DNA of 64,000 nt from an uncultured delta proteobacterium (GTDB lineage Bacteria > Desulfobacterota > Binatia > Binatales > Binataceae): positions 352,001-416,000 of the forward strand of contig CAWEEQ010000004.1 in assembly GCA_963808235.1 (NCBI GenBank), written 5' to 3'. The position numbers and the translations under genes are program-made. A model generated the notes under the pieces. That model saw only the letters and a program-made list of their open reading frames with translations, made no database searches and was not told the origin of the DNA. Below are positions 1-10,749 of the stretch, piece by piece. Numbering within the stretch: position 1 is the stretch's first letter; every line of letters starts with the position of its first letter.

Positions 1-169
1 ATACATCGGGGCACATCGTGTAATCGTCGAAGTGATGCTCGACGCACCATATCGAGTCGAATCCGAGCGGCTCCGCCATCTCGGCGAGCCTGAGTTCGTT
101 GCGATAAACGTCGGCGTCGGAAAGGGCGTTGTTCGGATTCTGTAATACTGCTCCATATCCCACATGCAT
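1..169 (-). CDS. LLM-class flavin-dependent oxidoreductase, N-terminal part (truncated by window edge)
   Basis: Manual translation MHVGYGAVLQNPNNALSDADVYRNELRLAEMAEPLGFDSIWCVEHHFDDYTMCPDV; the GFDSIW.EHHF motif is typical of luciferase-like monooxygenases; AAGGAG RBS upstream; absent from the ORF track. Confidence 0.85.
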   Translation of the reverse strand, partial: MHVGYGAVLQNPNNALSDADVYRNELRLAEMAEPLGFDSIWCVEHHFDDYTMCPDV

Positions 170-337
170 GATTTCGTCTCCTTCGGAGTCGTTGCGCCGA
201 GTCGCGGCGAATTCGGGTCCGCTATTTTCTAATAGATCGATGATGGTTGAAGGCGCAAGGCAGTTCGCAGTTCTCTTTTGCCAAAATCGCAAGCGCGTCA
301 TACAGTGGAGCGACTTTCAGTTTCGGAGGACCGCGCC

Positions 338-1567
338 GTGGAATTGAGCGAGATCGATCTTCTCGATCCAAAACGCTTCGAGGATAGCGTGCCGCACGAA
401 TGGTTCACTTATCTTCGTCACCACGCGCCGATCTTCAGGCACGCGGAGCCGGGCGGCCCCGGGTTCTGGGTAATCACCCGCTACGACGACGTGGTCGAAG
501 TTAATCGCGACGGCCAGACTTATTCATCGGAGCAAAGCCGCGGTGGAGTAGTCGCGCTCGAGGACGCGGACGCCGCCGCTGACATCTCGGCGCAGGGCCG
601 CATGATGCTCACGATGGACGCGCCCGATCACACCCGCTATCGCTCGCTGGTCAACCGCGGTTTCACCCCGCGCATGATCGGCGCGCTGGGAAGTCACATC
701 CGGGAGATGGTGATCAAGATTCTCGAACCCGCGATTGCGAAACGCGACTGCGATTTCGTGGTGGATGTCGCCTCCGAACTTCCGCTGCAGGTGATTGCCG
801 AGATGCTGGGCGTGCCATTCGAGGATCGGCACAAGCTCTTCGAATGGAGCAACCGCATGATCGGCAGCAAGGATCCCGAGTACGCAGTCAGCCAGCAGCT
901 GGTCCAGAACGCGGCGATCGAGATGTACATGTACTCGAACGAGCTCGCGAAGAAACGGCGCGAGCAGCCGCGCGACGATATCGTTACCGCGCTCCTCAAA
1001 GAAGACAGTCAACGGCGACCAGCTTTCCGAGATGGACTTCAACGTGTTTTTTCTGCTCCTGGCGGTGGCGGGAAATGAAACCACTCGCAACGCGCTGTCG
1101 CACGGCATGCACACTCTGATCGATCATCCCGAGCAGTATCGAATGCTGGTCGAAGATCCGTCGATTGTGCCGTCGGCGACCGAGGAGATCCTGCGCTGGG
1201 CGTCTCCGGTAATGTTCTTTCGCCGCAACGTGACCCGCGACACCGAGCTTCGCGGCCAGAAGCTCAAGCCGGCGACAAGGTCAGCATCTGGTATATCTCG
1301 GCCAATCGCGACGAGGATATTTTTCCGAATCCATTCGCCTTTGACATCAAGCGGTCGCCAAATGAGCACGTCGCATTCGGCGGCGGCGGTCCACACTTCT
1401 GCCTGGGCGCGAGCCTCGCGCGGATGGAAATCAACATCCTGCTCGAAGAGCTGGTGAAGCGAGTTTCGTCGGTTAAACGTACCGGCGAGGTGAAGCGGCT
1501 CAGATCCAACTTCATCAACGGGATCAAACATCTGCCGGTGCATCTGACACCAGCCGCGAAGAGCTAG
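338..1567 (+). CDS. Cytochrome P450 (CYP124/125/142-like), broken by two compensating frameshifts (~1008, ~1268)
   Basis: GGAGGA then GTG at 338; I-helix AGNETT, K-helix EEILR, heme motif FGGGGPHFCLGASLAR in the third segment; 338-1567 is 410 codons. Confidence 0.9.
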
Positions 1568-1591
1568 AAGCGAGCCGCTCAGGAAGTTTTC

Positions 1592-3070
1592 TCAGCTGGG
1601 CAGCAGTCGCTCGAACACCATTGGCGCCAGTTCCTTGATATGAACCGGCGGCGCTTCGGTGCCGTGCTCGAATCCCGGGCCCATCGTGATCAGGAAGCCG
1701 TCGGAACGATGGTTGCCGCGGCGGCCGGTGGCCAGCTTGCCACTCAGACTCCCGAGCAAAGGAGATTCGATTTGCGACGGAGGTGCGCTCGCGGCCCAGG
1801 TCACGATCGCGTCGGGCAGCAGCGCGCTTCGAGCGCCCGGCGATTGCTCATTCGTAAAATGGATTTCGTTGACCAGCGGTTCGCCGCTTGCTGCGTCGCG
1901 AAGACTCAGGAAGCATTGCCGCAGCCAATCCTCGTAACGGATGCGCGAATCGTCGTCGAGCATCCCCTCGCGCTCGCGGCCGCGAAGGTTGTAGCGAATG
2001 TAGGCGCTCCAGTCGGCCAGGACTCCAATCGCCGGCGTGTGCGCCCAATCGTGTCCCGCGGTATAGGAGCGATCGACCACGGCGTCTCTTACCTCGGGCG
2101 GCGCCCAACTCGCGATCAGATTTTGAACTGGCGAAGCTAAGACCTCGCGCAAGCCGCGAACCAGGCTCCTTTGTTTCGGCCGCGTCGAACCGAACAACCG
2201 AGGCTCGCGCTCCGCGAATCCCCGGTTTATGCGGTCCATCAGATCCTGAACGAAGTGGTTCTTGGTGTTGTTCACGCCCATCCCATGGAGCGAGAAGATC
2301 ATCGCCGTGGTCTCGGAAAGATCGATTGCGTCCACGATGAGACCGATCGATTCATCCACCGCCCGGTAAACGTCCAGCGCGGCGTGTGCGGGCGGGAGCG
2401 CCTGCGACCGCAAGCCCTCGGGCCACAGGATGTGTCCGCCGCGATGGCATTCGCCGAACACCGTGATGAAAAAATCGGAGCGGCGCGCAGTCAGCAGCCA
2501 GCGCGATACTTCGCCCTTGAGCTTCGCGCCGGCGATCAGGTCGTCGCGGATTCGGCGCAGCGCACCCGCGCTCTTGTCGACCGGTATTTCGCAGCCCATC
2601 GGATGTGTTCCGAAGCGCTGAATAATTTCGCGCGCCATATCCGGCCGGTTCGATTCCGGTTCGCCCAGGGAATCGTGACAGGCGAAGTTGGTTACTTCGA
2701 TCCCCTGGTCAAGGTACCTTCGCAAACTCACCGGTACGTCGAGCGCGCTAACGTTCAGACCGCTGCGCTCGAGCTTCACGTAAAACGGCTCGACGGGCAG
2801 CCAGTCCGCAGTGACGCGCCGCAACTTCATCAGTTGCGGATCCCACTGAAGGTGATGGTAGATGCCGTGATCTTGCGGATTGCTGGCGGTGTAAAACGTC
2901 GGCCATACCGAGCCGTTCAGCAACGCACTGGTCGATCTGAGCCGGCGCGCGACGCCGCGTCCAAGAGCACGGCTGAAACTAGGAAGTTCCGCGAGATTAG
3001 CTTTGATAAAACTGAACTCGGCGGCATCGACGCCGATCATCACAAGCTTTGCGTTCCTGGTCTTGTCCAT
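1592..3070 (-). CDS. Alkaline phosphatase superfamily / nucleotide pyrophosphatase-like protein
   Basis: IGVDAA N-terminal metal motif, SVWPTFYT, HRGGH, FSLHGMG, C-terminal GNHRSDG; paralog of 12855-14366. Confidence 0.8.
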   Translation of the reverse strand: MDKTRNAKLVMIGVDAAEFSFIKANLAELPSFSRALGRGVARRLRSTSALLNGSVWPTFYTASNPQDHGIYHHLQWDPQLMKLRRVTADWLPVEPFYVKLERSGLNVSALDVPVSLRRYLDQGIEVTNFACHDSLGEPESNRPDMAREIIQRFGTHPMGCEIPVDKSAGALRRIRDDLIAGAKLKGEVSRWLLTARRSDFFITVFGECHRGGHILWPEGLRSQALPPAHAALDVYRAVDESIGLIVDAIDLSETTAMIFSLHGMGVNNTKNHFVQDLMDRINRGFAEREPRLFGSTRPKQRSLVRGLREVLASPVQNLIASWAPPEVRDAVVDRSYTAGHDWAHTPAIGVLADWSAYIRYNLRGREREGMLDDDSRIRYEDWLRQCFLSLRDAASGEPLVNEIHFTNEQSPGARSALLPDAIVTWAASAPPSQIESPLLGSLSGKLATGRRGNHRSDGFLITMGPGFEHGTEAPPVHIKELAPMVFERLLPS

Positions 3071-3129
3071 CGGGCTCTCTGCGAAGGGAAACGCAGGCAC
3101 CCTGAACTAGTCGGATTTGCGGCGCATTG

Positions 3130-4311
3130 CTAGATCGCACTCCCGGCGCACCAGCCGCTCGACCACGCCCACTGGAAGTTGTAGCCGCCGAGCCAGCCGG
3201 TGACGTCGACGGCCTCTCCGATCGCATAGAGGCCGGGGACAGCGCGCGCTTCCATCGATTTCGACGAGAGCGCCGCGGTGTCGATACCGCCAACGGTCAC
3301 TTCCGCCTTGGCCCATCCTTCGGATTCCGTCGGATGAACATTCCAGTGGCTGAGACGTTCGGCGATCACTGTCAGGCTGCGGTCCGGCAAGTTCGCCATC
3401 GATTGTCCGATTGCGACGCCATCGGCAAGAGCAATCGCGAGGCGGGCCGGCACGATCTCCGCGAGAACGGTTTTGAGCTCGGCTTTGGGACGCGTGCGCC
3501 TTCGATCTCTGAGAAAGCTCTCAGGCCTAAGCTCAGGCGCAAGATTTATGGAGATCGGATCGCCTTGCCGCCAATACGATGAAATTTGAAGTATTGCCGG
3601 ACCCGAGAGTCCGCGATGAGTGAACAGAATATTTTCGCGGAAACTCTGCTTTCGGCACGAGACGATTGCATCTGCCGAAACGCCCGAGTGTGATTGGCAC
3701 AGCTCAAGTGTCTCACCTGCTACCTTGAGCGGAACCAGTCCCGGCGCGGTCTCAATCACCTTGAGGCCGAACCGGCGCGCGGTGTCATAGGCGAAATCGG
3801 TGGCGCCCAATTTTGGAATCGACAGGCCGCCCGTCGCGAGCACCAGCGCGGGTGCAACAAAGCTGCCCCGGTCAGTCTCGATACGAAAGCGCTGAACGGC
3901 GTCGCGCACGACTTCGGTGACGCTATGCGCAACCCGCAAATCGACTCTGGCCGCCGCGCATTCCTCGAGCAGCATCGCGAGGACTTCGCGAGACGACCGA
4001 TCGCAGAACAGCTGGCCAAGGGTTTTCTCGTGATACGGGATTCGATGACGCTCGACCAGCGCGATAAAGTCGCGCTCGGTATAGCGGCTGAGTGCCGACT
4101 TGCAGAAGTGAGGATTGGCGGAGATGAAGCGCTCCGGCGTCACCTCGAGATTGGTGAAGTTGCAGCGGCCGCCACCGGAGATCAGGATCTTTGCACCGGC
4201 GCGATCGTTGCGCTCGAGCAGCAGGACGCGTCTGCCGCGCTGCCCGGCGGTCATCGCGCACATCAATCCGGCGGCGCCGGCGCCAAGGATGACTACATCG
4301 AACGCTTGCAT
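3130..4311 (-). CDS. HI0933/YhiN/BaiN-family flavoprotein
   Basis: GAGAAG, KILISGGGRCNFTN, LFTHRGLSGP, GGYNFQWAWSSG. Confidence 0.92.
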   Translation of the reverse strand: MQAFDVVILGAGAAGLMCAMTAGQRGRRVLLLERNDRAGAKILISGGGRCNFTNLEVTPERFISANPHFCKSALSRYTERDFIALVERHRIPYHEKTLGQLFCDRSSREVLAMLLEECAAARVDLRVAHSVTEVVRDAVQRFRIETDRGSFVAPALVLATGGLSIPKLGATDFAYDTARRFGLKVIETAPGLVPLKVAGETLELCQSHSGVSADAIVSCRKQSFRENILFTHRGLSGPAILQISSYWRQGDPISINLAPELRPESFLRDRRRTRPKAELKTVLAEIVPARLAIALADGVAIGQSMANLPDRSLTVIAERLSHWNVHPTESEGWAKAEVTVGGIDTAALSSKSMEARAVPGLYAIGEAVDVTGWLGGYNFQWAWSSGWCAGSAI

Positions 4312-4372
4312 CGCCGCTGCAACCGGCCGTTATCGACTCGCCTCCACCCTTGCTATTGCGCTCCGCGCATCA

Positions 4373-5431
4373 TCAGTGGATGCAGCTCTGACTAGCCGAT
4401 CCCGTATTGTTGTACCAGATGTTGGTCGAGCAGTGAGGATTGAGATCGACCATGTCGTGCTGATCGGGATTTCCGTCGTTATGGGTAACCGTGACGATAT
4501 TGTCCTTGTCGTTTTTTTCGATCACGATTCCGTTATTGGTATTGCCGGGTGCGCCGGAATTTGTGATGCGGTTGTCGTCGCTCTTGGCGCCGCCGCATTT
4601 CACGGTTCCACAGCCGAGTAATATTCCGGTATCGCCGTTGCCCGAGGTGCCGTTGCAGTTGGAAATCAGGTTGCGCGAAGAGCCCAACAGCCAAAATCCG
4701 TACTTGCCGTTGGAGGAAGCTGACGCCGTGCCGATCGAGTTGTCGGTCGAGCCATCGAGCAAGACGCCCGCCGTGGTGTTGCTGATCGTGCTGAAATTGG
4801 ACATGCGGATTCCCGAACTGTTTTTGAGCATCACGCCGTCGGCACCGTTGTAGCTAGCAAGAAAATCCACCGCGACGCTTCCTTTCGCTCCGTTGAAGAA
4901 GATGCCCGCGGTCGTGTTGCCGAACGTCTGCTGGAAGATGTTGCCGCCGATGTTTTTGAACAGCGCGATGACCGCGTTGTCGCCGTCGTCCTCGATTCCG
5001 ACGTTCCATTGCGTCACGACCGCCTGCGCGTTCGGAAATTCCATACCGTCGATGCCCGCGTCGTCGGCCGGAGCGGTGCTGCCCTCGATTCCGCCTTCGA
5101 CCAGCACATGGGTCGCATTCTTGTCGATAAGGATGCCGATTCCGCTGCCGTTGCCGCTCCCGATGACCGCATTGCCTTGCAAGTTGAGGATCGAATCGCT
5201 GGCGGAGATCTCGATACAGATGGGCTGGCTCGTGTCGCTGGCGCTCAAGTCGTTCTGTACCAGGTAGGTATTCGGTTTCGTGACCACGCATCCGCATGCA
5301 GTGATCGAGGTTGGGCATGAGCCCGGCGGCGCAGCGTTGGCGGCATCAACCATGAGCAGAGAAATCGCCGCAATAGCAAAAGTGAGTTTGCAGGCCGATC
5401 GTAACAGAGCCGACTTGTAGGCTCGTCGCAT
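4373..5431 (-). CDS. Secreted right-handed beta-helix repeat protein (NosD/pectin-lyase-like)
   Basis: Signal peptide ending AANA; repeated N/G-rich turns such as SYNGADGVML and SSNGKYGFWL. Confidence 0.7.
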   Translation of the reverse strand: MRRAYKSALLRSACKLTFAIAAISLLMVDAANAAPPGSCPTSITACGCVVTKPNTYLVQNDLSASDTSQPICIEISASDSILNLQGNAVIGSGNGSGIGILIDKNATHVLVEGGIEGSTAPADDAGIDGMEFPNAQAVVTQWNVGIEDDGDNAVIALFKNIGGNIFQQTFGNTTAGIFFNGAKGSVAVDFLASYNGADGVMLKNSSGIRMSNFSTISNTTAGVLLDGSTDNSIGTASASSNGKYGFWLLGSSRNLISNCNGTSGNGDTGILLGCGTVKCGGAKSDDNRITNSGAPGNTNNGIVIEKNDKDNIVTVTHNDGNPDQHDMVDLNPHCSTNIWYNNTGSASQSCIH

Positions 5432-5602
5432 AGAAAGGTTCCCCCGTGATCACAGCGCGCGACGCGCAAATCAGAATGTCTCGTTGTCCACGACGCGGCC
5501 CGAACAGGCCGCGTTCCCCCTGGTCCCTGCCGAGAGACTATATGCGCTTGGCGCGCGAACCAAATGCGCGAAGCGCTCGGCAGAACATGCGGCGCGCGAT
5601 GT

Positions 5603-6160
5603 TTACGAAGCCTTCTTTGCTCCGGGCAGATAATCGTCGAGCGGCACGCCCAGGCTGTTGAGCGCCCACGAGACAAGGTTGTACTGACCGATCGTAAAGA
5701 CCGCATCCATCATCTGTTCAGTGTTGTAGCGCTCCGCCAGCGTCTTCCAGGTCTCATCCGAGACCACTGAATTCTCGAACAAGTCGTCGGCCGCCTGAAC
5801 CAGCGCCGCGTCGTGGCGGTCCCATCCTTGTTTCGGACCTTTTGAGATGCGGTCGATCTCATCGTCGCTCAAACCTGCGCTCTTACCAATCCGCACGTGC
5901 TGCGCCCATTCATATTCCGCCTGGTTCAGCCATCCGATCCGCAGTATCAGGATTTCCCGATCTCGCGCCGGTAGCGTCTGCTGCGACAGAATGTATCCGG
6001 CGAATCGCGACCAGCTCCGCGCCAGCTTCGGATGCTGCATCAGCACCCTGAAAATATTTACGACCGTGCCATTGACCTTGTTCCGTTCGCCCATCTCGCG
6101 GTCCTCGGCGCTCAGCGTCGAAAAATCGCGGAAGGGAACTCGCTGCTTCCTGGAAATCAT
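5603..6160 (-). CDS. Carboxymuconolactone decarboxylase/AhpD-family protein (no CxxC)
   Basis: LPARDREILILRIG...EYEWAQH motif; GGAGG RBS. Confidence 0.82.
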   Translation of the reverse strand: MISRKQRVPFRDFSTLSAEDREMGERNKVNGTVVNIFRVLMQHPKLARSWSRFAGYILSQQTLPARDREILILRIGWLNQAEYEWAQHVRIGKSAGLSDDEIDRISKGPKQGWDRHDAALVQAADDLFENSVVSDETWKTLAERYNTEQMMDAVFTIGQYNLVSWALNSLGVPLDDYLPGAKKAS

Positions 6161-6193
6161 CTGATCGCCTCCGTCATATTGCCTTCCGATTCT

Positions 6194-7072
6194 TTAGATC
6201 GTATCCGACACGCCTGGGATGAACAGCGGCGCCATTTCGTAACGCGCGACGTCGCGCTCCAGCTCGCTGCGCGCGGGCGCTTTGACGGCTTCGCTCGCCG
6301 CGTCGAGGATGCCGCGCAGCAGGCCGGCGTCGCTCGATGAATTAAGGAACAACCCGGGCCGGCTCAGAACGAAGTGCACCGCGCGGCGAATCGCATCCTT
6401 GTCGCGCAGCGGCTCGTACCAGCTGAATTTGCGCTCCGTGCCGTTTTGCCAGCGCCGCCGTGCGACTGACTTGATTGTCTGAGTTGCCACCGAGCGCTGA
6501 TTGCAAAGTTTGAGCAGCGCCTCCGCGTCCTCGGCATACTGACCGATCCCCAACATCGTGAAGTTGTACGGAAATAGCACCGAGTCGAAGGCGAAACGCC
6601 CCAGGCTCTTGAGATGCATCGCGGCAACGCGAGTGCCGTGACCGGTGACTCCGATAAACTTGACCAGCCCCTGCGAGCGCGCTTCGACCAGCGCTTCCAG
6701 CGCCCCATGCGCGCCCGTCGCGGTCTCCCACTCCTTCTCGTCGACCAGGTTGTGCATCTGGATCATGTCAACCTGATCGACGCGCAGCCGTTCGAGCGAT
6801 CGATGCAAACTCGCGCGCGCGCCCTCGTAGCTGCGCTCTCCGGTCTTGGTGGCGACGAAGAAACGTTTGCGATGCTCCCGCATCCACGGACCGATCCTCA
6901 ACTCCGAATCGCCGTACGACGCCGCAGTATCGATATGGTTGATGCCGTATTCGAGCAGCACCTCGAGCACCTGGTCGGCTTTCTCCTGCTTCATCCCGCC
7001 GAGCGCGGCGGCGCCGAAAATCACTCGCGTGCTCTGATGACCGGTTTTTCCAAACGGAGCTGATTCGATCAT
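6194..7072 (-). CDS. Aldo/keto reductase
   Basis: GINHIDTAASYG, ATKT, SLERLRVDQVD, FIGVTGH. Confidence 0.9.
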   Translation of the reverse strand: MIESAPFGKTGHQSTRVIFGAAALGGMKQEKADQVLEVLLEYGINHIDTAASYGDSELRIGPWMREHRKRFFVATKTGERSYEGARASLHRSLERLRVDQVDMIQMHNLVDEKEWETATGAHGALEALVEARSQGLVKFIGVTGHGTRVAAMHLKSLGRFAFDSVLFPYNFTMLGIGQYAEDAEALLKLCNQRSVATQTIKSVARRRWQNGTERKFSWYEPLRDKDAIRRAVHFVLSRPGLFLNSSSDAGLLRGILDAASEAVKAPARSELERDVARYEMAPLFIPGVSDTI

Positions 7073-7190
7073 GTTGTCACCTCGGGCGAGAATCACCGTC
7101 AGATCTAATTAGCGCAATTTTGATGGAACGAGAAAGTGCGCGTCGCGATCGGCGTGATCGGAAATCGCCTGGCGGAAGACTTCCGCGACG

Positions 7191-8360
7191 CTAGCTCTTG
7201 TCGTCGCGCTTCAGGGGCCGCGGTATTTGCACGATGAACTCCGAGCCCGTGCCCGCGCCTTCGCTATGCGCCTCGATCGTAGCGCCGTGCATCTCAACCA
7301 GATTTTTCACGACGGTCAGGCCGAGACCGAGCCCCGTACGGCGCGCCCCCGAAGGAACCTCGCCCTGGTAAAAGGTATCGAAGATTTGCGCGAGCTCCTC
7401 AGCTTTGATTCCTGATCCGGTGTCGCGAACGCTCATGACGATGCTGTCCGGCTCCTCAAAGATCCGCCAGACGATGTTGCCGCCTTCGGGCGTGAACTTG
7501 ACCGCGTTGGCCATGAGATTGGTTGCCACCTGGCAGAGTCTCTCCCGATCGACGCGGACGTTAACCGGGTCCGGCGGAAAATTCATTTCCACATTCAACG
7601 CCTTCGCGTTCAGCTCCGGCAGGTTCGACTCGACCCCATGCCGCACGCAGTCTCGCAGATCGACCGTCGAAGGTTTAAGCGTGACCTTGCCAAATCGGAT
7701 CGAATTCAGGTCGAGCAGCTCTTCGATAAGAAAACTCTGCTGGCGGGTCTGACGCTCGATCATCTGCAGTGCCCGCAGTTGCTGATCGTTGGGATTGGTC
7801 GCGTGCAGGCGTTGCAGGCCGAACAGGATCGGCTGGATCTGATTGCGAAGCTCATGCGACAGCATCCCCAGGAATCGCTCGCGCTGAACTTCCATGCTTG
7901 CTACTTTGACGGCCGACTCGTCCCGCTCCTTCTCGGTTTCCTGAACAAGTTGTTCGACCGAACATCTGGCGCAAAGATCCAGAACGTCCATAATAATTTT
8001 CTGTCCCTCGGCCTGCACGGCTTCTTCGACGCCCTTGGACGCGTCGCGCAACACCCCCAGGAATACGCGCCGGAAGATCGTCAACTCCCACATCACGTCC
8101 ATCACGGTGTAGCCGTCAATTCGCCGCTGATGGCCATGGCGGCGGCATGCCTCTGAGATTCGCGATGAATCTTCGCCCCGCAAAACCGCGATCATTGCCT
8201 CGGTAATGGCGGGTATATGATCGGTCAGCTCCCGGTCATTGAGCGCGGCCAGACGTTTTGCTTGTTCGGATTCCCGCTTGGCGGCAGTGCGCCATCGTTT
8301 CAGGATTTGGTTTTCGTGCTTTTCGAGATAATCAGCGACATACGCAGTTTTTGAGGGCAT
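7191..8360 (-). CDS. Cytoplasmic histidine kinase with RsbRD_N-like N-terminal domain
   Basis: H-box LSHELRN, N-box NLMANAVKF, DTGSGI, GLGLGL; N-terminal HGHQRRIDGY; no TM helix. Confidence 0.88.
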   Translation of the reverse strand: MPSKTAYVADYLEKHENQILKRWRTAAKRESEQAKRLAALNDRELTDHIPAITEAMIAVLRGEDSSRISEACRRHGHQRRIDGYTVMDVMWELTIFRRVFLGVLRDASKGVEEAVQAEGQKIIMDVLDLCARCSVEQLVQETEKERDESAVKVASMEVQRERFLGMLSHELRNQIQPILFGLQRLHATNPNDQQLRALQMIERQTRQQSFLIEELLDLNSIRFGKVTLKPSTVDLRDCVRHGVESNLPELNAKALNVEMNFPPDPVNVRVDRERLCQVATNLMANAVKFTPEGGNIVWRIFEEPDSIVMSVRDTGSGIKAEELAQIFDTFYQGEVPSGARRTGLGLGLTVVKNLVEMHGATIEAHSEGAGTGSEFIVQIPRPLKRDDKS

Positions 8361-8458
8361 TATGCACGTTCTGAGTCATGGGACTTCGCGGTATGAAAAA
8401 AACCCTCCCCGGGCGAAATTCGACTGGCAGCTCCCTGTTTTTCCACCAGCGGTAATCG

Positions 8459-8830
8459 CTAGCGGTAGTGGTCGATGATCTCCATCAATCGGTCAATTTT
8501 CACCGGCTTGCGCAGATATTCGTCGATTCCTTCCAGCGGCTCGGCCGGTTGATTGCTCCCCGATACCACCACGACTGGAATGTCGCGAAGGATCGGATCC
8601 GAGGCACGACGTCTCAAAAACTCCCGACCGTCCAGCACCGGCATAGACAGATCCAGCACCACCACGCACGGGAATCGCGGCGTCTTCTTCAAAACGTCAA
8701 GCGCGATCTGGCCGTTCTCGGCCTCCAGCACTTGATAGCCGTTCGCATCGAGCAACTCGGACAATGTCTCGCGGATATCCTCGTCGTCGTCGACGAGGAG
8801 CACCGCTTCTTGCTCGATTGCGTGCTCCAT
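8459..8830 (-). CDS. Single-domain response regulator (CheY-like)
   Basis: LLVDDD, LDLSMP, KP motif. Confidence 0.92.
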   Translation of the reverse strand: MEHAIEQEAVLLVDDDEDIRETLSELLDANGYQVLEAENGQIALDVLKKTPRFPCVVVLDLSMPVLDGREFLRRRASDPILRDIPVVVVSGSNQPAEPLEGIDEYLRKPVKIDRLMEIIDHYR

Positions 8831-9196
8831 TTCGCAAAGCCTCCAAGGTGATGATTAAGCAATTATCAAGCCGGAAAATTCGCGTGCCTTTTACTAGGTG
8901 TTCGCTGATTTTCACACGGATAATTACCCTCTCCGATACAGACCAGCGCAGGTGGGCGAGGAAAAATCGAATTGAGTCGAACCGTCCTCATTTACGCGAA
9001 GTTCTTGTTAATCAGTGACCCGAACGCGCGATTTGATTTGCAATATCAATCTCAACCGCGCTATTCGTTCTACCTCAAGAATTCGTCATCAATTCAATAG
9101 AGGGGTCATAGTTCCATGCGACGTTATTTAGCTAGTCGACGGCGCCTCATGCAGTGCGGTTCGTCTCGAGTTCGTTAAACGAGACTGTTTAAGCTT

Positions 9197-10729
9197 TTGG
9201 ACACAGAATCTCAATTTGATGCGGTCATTGTCGGGGCGGGACCTGCTGGTCTTACCGCCGGCTACGAACTCGCACGCAACGGGCATCGTGTGGTCGTCCT
9301 GGAGCAGGACGCTCAATACGTCGGCGGGCTCGCGCGCACGATCCAATATCAAGGCTTCCGATTCGACATCGGCGGTCATCGCTTCTTCTCCAAGAATCAG
9401 GAGATCGATTCCTTGTGGACCGAGTGGATGGGCGAGCGGATGCGCCTTCGCTCGCGGCTTTCGCGAATCCACTATCGAAACAAATTTTTCAAATATCCGC
9501 TCGAGCCGTTCAACGCATTTCGAAAGCTCGGTCCGCTCGAAGCGATCTCTTGCATGGTCAGCTATCTCCGCGCGAATCGCAGCGGGGCGGAGCCGCGAAG
9601 CTTCGAAGACTGGGTGGTTCGCGCATTCGGGCGCCGCCTATACGAAACCTTCTTCCGCAGCTACACGGAAAAAGTCTGGGGAGTTCCCTGTTCCGAGATT
9701 AGCGCTGATTGGGCTGCGCAGCGGATCAGAGGATTATCGCTCCTCTCGCTGATGCGAACTCTGCTGCCCGCCAGGGCGCGCGGCAAAGCGGTGGTGAAGA
9801 CTCTGACCGAGCATTTCCGCTATCCGCCCCACGGCCCAGGCGAAGTATGGGAAAGGGTCGCCGGCATCATCAAGGGCAAACGCGGCGAAGTGCGCATGGG
9901 CGAGCGGGTGATCTCTATAGCCTGCAATGCGGGGCGCACAACTTCGATCACCACCGAGAGCCTTTGCGGCCGTCGCACTTACGTGGCGGATCATTTCATC
10001 TCCACGATGCCACTCGCGCAATTGGTATCCGCGCTCGATCCTGCTCCGCCCGATAGCATTGTCGCGAGCGCGTCGGGTCTCCGTTATCGGGCTTTCATAA
10101 CTGTCGCGTTGATCCTCGACCAGGCGGACGTCTTCCCCGACAACTGGATCTACATTCACGATCCTGACGTGAAGGTCGCGCGTATCCAGAACTTCAAGAA
10201 CTGGAGCGCCGAGATGGTTCCCGATCCGCGCTTGACGATGCTTGGTCTCGAATATTTCTGCTCGGAGCGTGACGCGCTGTGGTCGGCCTCTGATGAACAG
10301 CTAATCGCAATCGCCCGCAAGGAAGTCGCGTCGCTTGGGCTTGCAGAGAGTTCCAAAGTGATCGATGGGACGGTTGTTCGCCAGGGCAAGGCGTATCCGA
10401 TGTACGATCACGAGTATCGCGCCAACGTGGCCCGAGTGCGTGCCTTCCTCAAGCCGGCCGCCGGCAACCTGCACGTCGCGGGCCGGAACGGGATGCATAA
10501 GTACAACAATCAGGATCATGCGATGCTCACCGGGCTCATGGCGGCGCGAAATATAATGGGCGGCTGCTTCGATCCATGGCGGGTCAATTCGGACGCAGAG
10601 TACCTCGAAGAAGAAGAGGGGAATGAGGAGTCGAACGGCCGCATGCTGCCGACTCCAATCGACGCGACGCCGCTGGAGGCTCCCGATCTTTCAGCGCTCG
10701 ATCTGACGCCTTCCGCGCGCGACTCCTGA
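9197..10729 (+). CDS. FAD-dependent oxidoreductase (protoporphyrinogen-oxidase/UDP-galactopyranose-mutase-like family)
   Basis: GAGPAG, FDIGGHRFFSK, YTEKVWG, GRNGMHKYNNQDH. Confidence 0.85.
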   Translation: MDTESQFDAVIVGAGPAGLTAGYELARNGHRVVVLEQDAQYVGGLARTIQYQGFRFDIGGHRFFSKNQEIDSLWTEWMGERMRLRSRLSRIHYRNKFFKYPLEPFNAFRKLGPLEAISCMVSYLRANRSGAEPRSFEDWVVRAFGRRLYETFFRSYTEKVWGVPCSEISADWAAQRIRGLSLLSLMRTLLPARARGKAVVKTLTEHFRYPPHGPGEVWERVAGIIKGKRGEVRMGERVISIACNAGRTTSITTESLCGRRTYVADHFISTMPLAQLVSALDPAPPDSIVASASGLRYRAFITVALILDQADVFPDNWIYIHDPDVKVARIQNFKNWSAEMVPDPRLTMLGLEYFCSERDALWSASDEQLIAIARKEVASLGLAESSKVIDGTVVRQGKAYPMYDHEYRANVARVRAFLKPAAGNLHVAGRNGMHKYNNQDHAMLTGLMAARNIMGGCFDPWRVNSDAEYLEEEEGNEESNGRMLPTPIDATPLEAPDLSALDLTPSARDS

Positions 10730-10749
10730 GCGAGTAGCGCTCCTATTCG

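Noticed and set aside
9033-9049. FNR box
   Set aside because: Half-site spacing is 7 nt rather than 4
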